A stretch of DNA of 45,270 nt from a virus (taxonomy: Duplodnaviria > Caudoviricetes): the IMG/VR virus record IMGVR_UViG_3300017913_002579, positions 1-45,270 of that record. One strand, 5' to 3'. The position numbers and the translations under genes are program-made. Of this stretch, positions 20,996 to 28,697 are shown piece after piece. The first letter of the stretch is position 1. Every line of letters begins with the position of its first letter. Below the pieces are notes generated by a model that saw only the letters and a program-made list of their open reading frames with translations, was not told the origin of the DNA and did no database searches.

Positions 20996-23408
20996 CAATA
21001 TCGCTGGACACACAGCCGCGCAGAACACGCTCGGCGAAGACGGACTACGAGATGGAGACTCGCTCTCTCCCGCTACGCTCACCAACTTGATTCAAGGCGT
21101 GCAGGGCAACGGCATCCTCCGATACCAAGACGGAGCCTACGGCTCCACGCGCAACGAAACCAACAGCGGCAATCAACCTGCGTCAATGGTGCGCGCCTCA
21201 TCCAGCACGCTCACGGTGAGCGGCGGCTTTGTTGTGCTTGACGGTGCGCTTTACGAGTTCGGTGGGGGTGTTGGTAACACCATCACGCTTGACCTCAACG
21301 ATGGGAGTCATGGGACAGGCGCGCTTCAATTGTCGGCAAACGAAGAAGCGATTTACACCATCTATGTCGCACCAAGCGGTGGCAACAGCAAGGTCCACTA
21401 TGAAGGCGGTAGCCCTGTTGACACGACAACGGGACTTTACCCATCCGCGTCCAACCAATACCTCATTGACTACGACACGGGCGCAACGCAAGACAACATG
21501 AAAGCCGTCGTGCTTGCCCATGTGCGCGTTCAATTCGTATCCACGGGTGGAGGTAGCAACAACCTCAACATCACCGAAATCAACGACAAGCGCGTTTTCG
21601 TAGGTGGAGCGGCTGACTACCGCGTGCCTCTTTCCGTTGGCACTATCAGTAGCGGAGAAATCGCCGACGGCGGCGCTGAGGGTATCAATACCATTGCGCA
21701 CCTCAACGCTGTCCACAATGAGAATGGCGAACTGACAACCTCCGATACCGTCAATGCGCATTGGGTGAGTCATCCGCGCTACGGCTCATTCAGTCAATCT
21801 CCACCTTCGTCCAGCGACGCAGGCTACGGTCAAGGACCATCACGCGGCGCAGACCGTGGAGGGGGGCATGCGGCTGACTCGTTCTATTTTGCAGGGCGCA
21901 ACAATGAGCAGACGGGACATTACTCCGTCCGTCTGCAAGGTATGGGTGTTGATGCAACCAGCACCGCGCTCGCGACAAGTGGCACTTGGACGGTGACGGC
22001 TGATGGAGATTCCTTCTTCATGCTCTCACCCAACAGCGGCGTGACCATCACACTCAATCCCGAAAGGGATGCAAGCGCGAATTACAAGTTCCCCGAAGGT
22101 CACATGATTGAGGTGTGCAACGAGGGTGACGGCTCCATCACCTTTGACAATCAATCCTCACCAGCGGGGTTGAACTCAACCCTCTCATCGGGACACCGCG
22201 CTACATTCGTTTACGAAGGAAGCGTGTGGATTCGGTGCGATTACCAATCAGCCATCATCGGGCTACCCGACCCCGCAATTGAGATTAGCGCGGGTGCGCC
22301 TGTCTTTGCAACAGGTATTACGAAAACAGAAGTGCAGACGCTACTCAATGTAGCAGATGGGGCGACCGCAAACGCTGGAACTGTCACGAGTGTTGCTACG
22401 GGAACAGGTTTGACGGGTGGTCCGATTACCGCTACGGGAACTGTTTCACTCGCTAACACCGCCGTCACCGCTGGCTCTTACACCAACGCCGACATTACCG
22501 TTGACGCGCAGGGTAGGATTACCGCCGCCGCTGATGGGACGGGCGGTTCATCCTACACGGACGACGATGCAATTACCGCCGTTGAAGGTGAGAGTGACCT
22601 CGCCCTCACGGGTGAGGTGACCGTTGCAGGTGATTTGGCCGTTGACACCAACACCCTTTTCGTTGATGTATCAACTGACCAAGTGGGTGTCAACACCGCC
22701 ACCCCTGCCGCTGAACTGCATGTGTATGGCGCAAATAATCCCGAAATCCGTGTTCAAGAAACAGGCGAAAGTGGCTACACCACTCTTATCGGTTTTGCCG
22801 ACAACTACGGTGCGCTGAGAGTAGTGAATGCTACCACCGATGAATCAACCATTCAAGACTTTGAACCTGTATCAACCGGAACAGGAGCGCAAACTATTCG
22901 CTTTTTCCGAAGCGCAAACAGCGGTGGAACAGCGCGCTTCCAAATTCTTGAGCCGGGTTCCTCAACTGAGGCTTTTCGCCTTCAAGCCGACACCAAAGTG
23001 TTGACACATTACGGCGGTGCAACCTTCAACGAGAATGGAGATAGCGCAGATTTTCGCGTTGAAAGCGACACCTTGACTCACGCTTTGTTTGTTGACGGTA
23101 GCGCCGATAAAGTGGGAATTGGAACAAGCACTCCTGCACAACGGTTGCATGTGAATGGCACAATACGACAGACGGGTGCAACATCAGCCGTTCTTGTGGC
23201 TGACTCCAACGGTGACCTCGTTGCCGCAACGAACCTCAGCGACCAAGCATATTCAACGACAGATACAACAGACGCGGCGGCGGATGTTTACAATGCACTC
23301 AACCCTGCTAATTGGGCGGGCGCGCCACCAGCAACAGTAGCCGATGCGTTAGACAGGATAGCGGCGCATCTCAATAACCCGACTTACACACCGGGTCCGA
23401 TTCCTTGA
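20985..23408 (+). CDS. Tail fibre protein (807 aa)
   Basis: Fibre-type repeats GTVTSVATGTGLTGG and AVTAGSYTNADITVDAQGRITAA, plus two LFVD...VG(V/I)xTxTPAxxLHVxG units. Thr/Gly/Ala-rich. Confidence 0.8.
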   Translation: MTTDNIAGHTAAQNTLGEDGLRDGDSLSPATLTNLIQGVQGNGILRYQDGAYGSTRNETNSGNQPASMVRASSSTLTVSGGFVVLDGALYEFGGGVGNTITLDLNDGSHGTGALQLSANEEAIYTIYVAPSGGNSKVHYEGGSPVDTTTGLYPSASNQYLIDYDTGATQDNMKAVVLAHVRVQFVSTGGGSNNLNITEINDKRVFVGGAADYRVPLSVGTISSGEIADGGAEGINTIAHLNAVHNENGELTTSDTVNAHWVSHPRYGSFSQSPPSSSDAGYGQGPSRGADRGGGHAADSFYFAGRNNEQTGHYSVRLQGMGVDATSTALATSGTWTVTADGDSFFMLSPNSGVTITLNPERDASANYKFPEGHMIEVCNEGDGSITFDNQSSPAGLNSTLSSGHRATFVYEGSVWIRCDYQSAIIGLPDPAIEISAGAPVFATGITKTEVQTLLNVADGATANAGTVTSVATGTGLTGGPITATGTVSLANTAVTAGSYTNADITVDAQGRITAAADGTGGSSYTDDDAITAVEGESDLALTGEVTVAGDLAVDTNTLFVDVSTDQVGVNTATPAAELHVYGANNPEIRVQETGESGYTTLIGFADNYGALRVVNATTDESTIQDFEPVSTGTGAQTIRFFRSANSGGTARFQILEPGSSTEAFRLQADTKVLTHYGGATFNENGDSADFRVESDTLTHALFVDGSADKVGIGTSTPAQRLHVNGTIRQTGATSAVLVADSNGDLVAATNLSDQAYSTTDTTDAAADVYNALNPANWAGAPPATVADALDRIAAHLNNPTYTPGPIP

Positions 23409-23417
23409 TGTGATAAT

Positions 23418-23519
23418 ATGGACAAATGGCTTGATGACTATGTGCGCGATGTGATGGAACAACAGGTTGTGACCAACAGCATTTTCAAAAAACGGTGGTG
23501 GAAGTTTTGGGGAAACTGA
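23418..23519 (+). CDS. 33-aa microprotein ending in KKRWWKFWGN (not in ORF track)
   Basis: Translates as MDKWLDDYVRDVMEQQVVTNSIFKKRWWKFWGN*. It fills the gap between the fibre gene and the next gene, with GTGA upstream of the ATG. Confidence 0.6.
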   Translation: MDKWLDDYVRDVMEQQVVTNSIFKKRWWKFWGN

Positions 23520-23701
23520 AAGCGCGCTTATCACAAAAGTGTCCGGGTTGCTTTGAAAATGTTCTCGCGAAGCGTCTTGAAGGCCGGTATGTTAATGATA
23601 GGGATTCGCGTGTCCTTGTGTGGGAGTGTCCACTTTGTTCGCGATTGTGGCGCGAATCACGACTTGAGAAACCGAAATTCAAAGAACATGGGGTGGCATG
23701 A
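23495..23701 (+). CDS. Small zinc-ribbon protein (CxxC...CxxC)
   Basis: CPGC and WECPLC motifs. Stop overlaps the next ATG. Start uncertain (GTG 23495 or TTG 23507). Confidence 0.65.
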   Translation: MVEVLGKLKARLSQKCPGCFENVLAKRLEGRYVNDRDSRVLVWECPLCSRLWRESRLEKPKFKEHGVA

Positions 23702-25371
23702 TGGCAAAGGGAGAGAATCTTGAGAAGCCGAAGAAGAAGGGCGGCATGGTGATTGTCATCGGCATGGGCGCTAAACCGAAGGATAGCATGAAGAAATCCT
23801 TCGGACGCGGGAGCGACGATGCAAAACTCGCAGGACGCTCAAAGTTGCTCAACCGACTACGAAGCGGTCGCCTTAACATTGACGACATTCTTGGCAAGCG
23901 TAAGATTGACCCCGACGAGTTCCACGGAGAATTCCGAAGGCGACACAATATGGATTTTGAAGACTATCTCAAAGAAAAAGGCGCTGACATTGATGTTCAA
24001 GCAATGCTTGATGAGTTGGCTGAGAAGCGCTTTGGTGCGGCAAAAAAGACAGCCATTGAAGGTCGGCAACGAAGAGAGAACCGAGCAAAACAAATGCGTG
24101 AAAATCTGCTCAACACCAGCAAATTCAAGGGGATGTTGAGAAATCAAGGCATTGATGAAAATCAATGGAAGCGCGCAGTCAACAAAATCCCCATGAATCA
24201 AATAACGAGAAACACATTCAACGAGTTAATTGACAAATTGGGGAGGGGCAAACCGCGACCAAGCAGGCAAAGTAGGGAGCGGAATACGACCACCCACGAC
24301 GGTCCCGCTCAATCTTACGACGAAATCTTCGCAGAACACGGGAACCCATTTGACATGAGGGGCGAAGATGAAGAAGAGGAAATGGACGCTGACGCGCAAG
24401 ACCGCAGGGTTGAGGACAAAAAAGGCGGTCGGCGAAAGATAACAATGTTTGACCGTGAACGCGGCGAGGGTGGTCGCGGTCAAGGTTTTCCGGGCGGTAG
24501 TCGTCTTTACCAACGACGAGGCATGGCGTATAATCAACCCGATGTGGCAGGAACAGCGCGGGGCGAAGTGGGAATCAAAGATGAATTGCCTCAAGGTTCG
24601 GACGAAGAACAACGCGCATTGGAATTTTACGAGCGGCTGTATAGCCACCATCGCAACCCAATGCAGTCGGCTTTACAGCAATTAGGACGCGGAACGGTGA
24701 GTGACCAAAATCGCCAAGACATTGAAGAAGAATTTAGAGAAGGCAGTAGCGGACCCGACACCACGCCGTCAACCGTTTTCACAAAACCCAACGCTCCACC
24801 CGGCTTCCGCGCAGGTTCACCCGACGAAGACGAAGACCCGAATGTAGGATTTGACGCGAGGAGCATCGGTGCAACTACACCAAAGAAAGATACTGCTAAC
24901 CCAAGAGAACTCAACGACCCTCGTTCAACACGCGCAGGTCAAGGCGAAGAGCAAACCATCCGCCCGTTCCGAATGCAGACTTCCTTTGACGACCCGATGA
25001 ATGTCATGGACGCGGCGTGGGCTTTGTTGAAGGGCAACCCCGACATGACTGACATGAGTGGCGATTCGGTTCCACCTGCGGCGATGAACTACGCTCAACA
25101 AGCACGCGCGCTTGAAGACTCGTTGGAATATCAAGGAGGGAAGAGACGAGGTGTCGCCGCTCCCGAAATGATGGCTGATGAAAACACTTCGCGCTTTGCT
25201 GAAAAGTTGAATAAACCACGATTCGCAAGAAAGAAGGTTGGTGGAGAAACTATGCAAGAACACCACGACTTCGCTCGCGAGCGTTCTAAGCGCGACACAA
25301 GTGAATATATGGATGAAGGGGACTTCGGAGCCGACCCGCACATCCAACGAATGCCTCGCCCTGCTCCTTGA
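23698..25371 (+). CDS. Highly charged, low-complexity protein (557 aa) with internal MDAAWALLK tag
   Basis: Long ORF with ATGA overlap. R/E/D/G-rich and probably largely disordered. N-terminal KKKGGMVIVIGMG; DPMNVMDAAWALLKG at 24991-25035. Confidence 0.7.
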   Translation: MMAKGENLEKPKKKGGMVIVIGMGAKPKDSMKKSFGRGSDDAKLAGRSKLLNRLRSGRLNIDDILGKRKIDPDEFHGEFRRRHNMDFEDYLKEKGADIDVQAMLDELAEKRFGAAKKTAIEGRQRRENRAKQMRENLLNTSKFKGMLRNQGIDENQWKRAVNKIPMNQITRNTFNELIDKLGRGKPRPSRQSRERNTTTHDGPAQSYDEIFAEHGNPFDMRGEDEEEEMDADAQDRRVEDKKGGRRKITMFDRERGEGGRGQGFPGGSRLYQRRGMAYNQPDVAGTARGEVGIKDELPQGSDEEQRALEFYERLYSHHRNPMQSALQQLGRGTVSDQNRQDIEEEFREGSSGPDTTPSTVFTKPNAPPGFRAGSPDEDEDPNVGFDARSIGATTPKKDTANPRELNDPRSTRAGQGEEQTIRPFRMQTSFDDPMNVMDAAWALLKGNPDMTDMSGDSVPPAAMNYAQQARALEDSLEYQGGKRRGVAAPEMMADENTSRFAEKLNKPRFARKKVGGETMQEHHDFARERSKRDTSEYMDEGDFGADPHIQRMPRPAP

Positions 25372-25380
25372 GGTGCGCAC

Positions 25381-26463
25381 ATGAGCGACCTGTGGTGGGA
25401 GATTCTCAAGTATCAAACGAGTTTACCTCAGTTTGACCCGTCGCTTGATTACACCACGGGATACGAAGGCGTGCCGCCTGTTCAAATGGCAAGCGCGCAA
25501 CATCCTCAGCATTACAAACAATACTTACAGGGGCAATACCCAAAGGAGTTTTGGGCATTTCCCGGCAAAGATGCATCCGTTCAACACGGTGCGGCTCCTC
25601 ATCGGAGCGATGATGAGGGACGATTTCTTGATGTAGGCGTTCGTTCGTGGGAACCCGTAGGCACGAAGCAGAAGGTTGGGCGCATGGTCCCCGGCGACGA
25701 GATGCCCGATAAGCGCAACATTGTCGTGCGCCGCCGTAGCGCCGCTGACCATCCCCGCTTTCAGCGAGATTTGAATAAGAGGCTGGAGCGGGAGCGAAGG
25801 AAGCGGGAACAAAGATTAGCGCAACTTCGCCGTAGGAATCCGTTGCATGGCACGAGAGGTCTTGGTCTGCGTAAAGAAGCCAAGTCACCCGCCGCCATTG
25901 AGCATAAGCGCAAATACGAAACCGAATACGAATCTTCACCCGCGCGCAAGAAATACCGCAGGGAGTTAGAAAGGGAGCGTCGCAAGCGTGGGGTGGCTGG
26001 TAAAGGTGGCAAAGACATGAGCCACACGAAGAGAGGGACAATCGTTCCCGAAGACCCTCACACGAACAGGGCGCGCTCTCATCCATCCGTAGGCTCCACG
26101 CTCAAGATGGTGCGCATCGTGAAGTCACCGCAGATGAACCTCTTCGGTCAATCTGCTGAGTGTGAGTTATGCAACGCTCCGATGAGCGGACAAGAAGCGG
26201 CGGTGTCAAACCAACAATTGGGTGCGTCGGTATGTTCCGCTTGCATCATAAGAGAACAACAACAAATCAATCAACAGAACGACATGATGTATCACGGTGA
26301 GCCGATGGACATAGCCATGCGCTTGCTCAAGGGCTTCCGTTCCAAATACGACGGCAACTGCAAGGTGTGTGGGCAATTTATCCGAGCAGGAACCGAAGTC
26401 AACATGCACCCGCAAGGTGGCATCATGCACCCTTACGACTGCGGACGCGCCTATGTGATTTGA
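25381..26463 (+). CDS. Modular protein (360 aa): two tag motifs, degenerate HNH-like segment and two Zn-binding modules
   Basis: GAGGTG SD. Starts MSDLWWEILK. Contains GKGGKDMSHTKRG...TNRAR, CELC...CSAC, and GEPMDIAMRLLK followed by SKYDGNCKVCG...HPYDC. Confidence 0.7.
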   Translation: MSDLWWEILKYQTSLPQFDPSLDYTTGYEGVPPVQMASAQHPQHYKQYLQGQYPKEFWAFPGKDASVQHGAAPHRSDDEGRFLDVGVRSWEPVGTKQKVGRMVPGDEMPDKRNIVVRRRSAADHPRFQRDLNKRLERERRKREQRLAQLRRRNPLHGTRGLGLRKEAKSPAAIEHKRKYETEYESSPARKKYRRELERERRKRGVAGKGGKDMSHTKRGTIVPEDPHTNRARSHPSVGSTLKMVRIVKSPQMNLFGQSAECELCNAPMSGQEAAVSNQQLGASVCSACIIREQQQINQQNDMMYHGEPMDIAMRLLKGFRSKYDGNCKVCGQFIRAGTEVNMHPQGGIMHPYDCGRAYVI

Positions 26464-26464
26464 T

Positions 26465-26590
26465 TCATTCCTCTTCCTTTGAGTTCGGAATAGGGATGTT
26501 GTTCAACTTCTTCACGACAAAGTTAGTCACTTGGTAGGCTACCTCAATGAGTCCAAAGAGAATCAAGATGTGCCATACCGACTCAATCAT
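26465..26590 (-). CDS. 41-aa putative membrane microprotein (not in ORF track)
   Basis: Translates as MIESVWHILILFGLIEVAYQVTNFVVKKLNNIPIPNSKEEE*. ATGA overlap with the chaperonin stop; hydrophobic N-terminal half. Confidence 0.6.
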   Translation of the reverse strand: MIESVWHILILFGLIEVAYQVTNFVVKKLNNIPIPNSKEEE

Positions 26591-28098
26591 TGACCGCGCC
26601 TCGCAATAATGTCGTCAATGCGCAGAATGGAGCAAGCGACTTCTGTTGAAGACTTGACAATTTGTTCAACAAGCGCGGCAGGTTCCCACACGCCCATCTC
26701 ACCTGTCTTGCAAATCTTACCTTCGCCTGCAAAGTCAATGAAAAGCCCGTGGTCATCAGCGACGGAACGCAACTCCATGACAACATCAAGAGCGTCCATA
26801 CCAGCGTTGCTGGCGATAGCCGCAGGGATGATTTCAAGAGAGTCAGCGAACGCCTCCATGCACATACGCTCACGAGCGCTGAGTCCCGTTTCATCGGTAG
26901 CGTGCTTGCGGACGGCCATCGCCAACTTGGAGAGAACTGCGCCTCCACCAGCATAGAGCCGCTTGTCCTTCAAGTAAAGGCAGGCTACACCAAGAGCATC
27001 ATCAAACGCGCGCTCGTATTCATCAAGCGTCTGTCGCGTAGCGCCACGGACGACCATTGTGATGGTGTCGCTTTCCTTTGATTCAACCGACACATAGTCC
27101 AAGTCGCCGATTCTCAAAGACTCAACCGTCCCTTGAATGCGCAGGTTTGCTTCTTCGGGAACTTCGGTGATGCGGTGGTAAATAGGGATGCCTGTGATGC
27201 GAGCAACACCGTCCATGTCGCTTTGCTGAACGCGGCTGACAACACCAATGTTTTGAGCCTCAAGGTATTTTGCGACAGCCTCATGCACGCCATCTCGCAC
27301 GATGAGAATATCGCACATCTCGCCGATGACCTGTGAAACATTACTGAGGATTTGCATCTCCTGTTGTCGGATTTGGTCAAGTTGAGCAGGGTCGCTGATT
27401 TGCATCTGCACATCTTCGTAGTTGAATCCATCAAGCCCTCCATCAAGGAGTAAGATGCGCGGGTCATCTTTACCGTTGAAGTCGGGGTTCACGAAGGTCT
27501 TGTTGAGAACAAGACCGTTGTGGATGTAGGAGTCATTCATGTCTCCGCCTGCTTGAGTGAGCGTGCGAACGCGGTCAAGGTCGCCGTTGGTTGTAAGCGC
27601 GGCATTCTCAACGAGTTGAGCGGCAAATCCAAGCGCTGACTCGGATGCTTTGCCGCGCAATGCAGTTGCGGCTACATGGTCAATGCCAATGTCGGTCGCC
27701 GCTTCGGGCATGTTCTTAAGAGCAATCTTGGATGCTTTGTTGAAGGCGCGCACGATTGTTTGTGGATGAATGCCGCGCATGAGCAATCCTTCGCTCAACG
27801 CCAGCATTTGACCGGCAAGAACGACAACGCTCGTCGTTCCATCCTTGCACACTTCTTCTTGGGTTTGACTCGCTTGAACCATCATTTGCGCGCCGGGGTG
27901 CGCCGTGTCAAGTTCTCGCAAAATCGTGATACCATCGTTGGTCACGATTGTTTCTCCTCGTTCATCAACAAGCATCTTGTCCATACCCGCGGGTCCGAGT
28001 GTGGACCTTACGGTTTCAGCCACCTGCACAGCGGCTCGTATGTTGCTCATTTGGGCTTCTCTTCCTGTTTTCCTTTCTTCGGTCATTGGGGTCACCAT
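26587..28098 (-). CDS. ths: Group II chaperonin (thermosome-like subunit)
   Basis: Motifs VRSTLGPAGMDKMLV, VTNDGITILRE, DGTTSVVVLAG, GIHPQTI, YAGGGA, VWEPA, ILRIDDII. Alternative start at ATG 28086 behind GGTGA. Confidence 0.95.
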   Translation of the reverse strand: MVTPMTEERKTGREAQMSNIRAAVQVAETVRSTLGPAGMDKMLVDERGETIVTNDGITILRELDTAHPGAQMMVQASQTQEEVCKDGTTSVVVLAGQMLALSEGLLMRGIHPQTIVRAFNKASKIALKNMPEAATDIGIDHVAATALRGKASESALGFAAQLVENAALTTNGDLDRVRTLTQAGGDMNDSYIHNGLVLNKTFVNPDFNGKDDPRILLLDGGLDGFNYEDVQMQISDPAQLDQIRQQEMQILSNVSQVIGEMCDILIVRDGVHEAVAKYLEAQNIGVVSRVQQSDMDGVARITGIPIYHRITEVPEEANLRIQGTVESLRIGDLDYVSVESKESDTITMVVRGATRQTLDEYERAFDDALGVACLYLKDKRLYAGGGAVLSKLAMAVRKHATDETGLSARERMCMEAFADSLEIIPAAIASNAGMDALDVVMELRSVADDHGLFIDFAGEGKICKTGEMGVWEPAALVEQIVKSSTEVACSILRIDDIIARRGQ

Positions 28099-28697
28099 CC
28101 TATTTGGTATTCTTCAATCATGCCTGTTTCTTCATTACGGCTCTTCACGAAGCCTTCGTTCCTTCCGTGTAGGAACAGGTCATAATTGAGTTTGCAGTCT
28201 GCGATGCAGTATTTGATTACCTCAGCGTAGCGCCCTTCACGCCATGCTACGGGCGCGTCTGCTGAGTCCATGATTTCTTTTCCTTTGCCGAGCGTGTGCT
28301 TGCACAGGGAGTCAAGATGATGACTCTTCCCGCATGCTTCTCGCACAGCCCATGAGGTATCAACGAGTGATTCCTTCTTGTTAAGAAGAACGCCAGCATA
28401 GTGCATGTCCAGCGCGTCTCGGAGAACAGGTAGGTCAAAACCTCGGATGTTGTGTCCGACAATGATACCACCCTCGTCAACATGCTTCTTGAGATGTTCG
28501 CCGAGGTCACGAGGGTGAAGAGGATGCACATGCGCGCCTGCTACAATCACCTCGTCGGCTTTGCTGAACACATGCGCTTCCTCACCATCCCATGTGGCGA
28601 CAACGGTAGGGTCAAACATGTGCGTCTTCCCCCAACCGCCAATCTCGTGCGAGTAGTTGCTGGTTTCAATGTCAATCGCCATTACTTTGCTCAACAC
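28092..28697 (-). CDS. DEDD / RNase H-like 3'-5' exonuclease
   Basis: ExoI AIDIETS, ExoII GHNIRGFDLPVL, ExoIII YCIADC. Confidence 0.85.
   Translation of the reverse strand: MLSKVMAIDIETSNYSHEIGGWGKTHMFDPTVVATWDGEEAHVFSKADEVIVAGAHVHPLHPRDLGEHLKKHVDEGGIIVGHNIRGFDLPVLRDALDMHYAGVLLNKKESLVDTSWAVREACGKSHHLDSLCKHTLGKGKEIMDSADAPVAWREGRYAEVIKYCIADCKLNYDLFLHGRNEGFVKSRNEETGMIEEYQIGW

Noticed and set aside
20009-21085. 358-aa antisense ORF (and other long shadow ORFs such as 10276-11142 and 28452-29201)
   Set aside because: They lie opposite well-supported genes, lack motifs, and break the strand organisation of the two arms.
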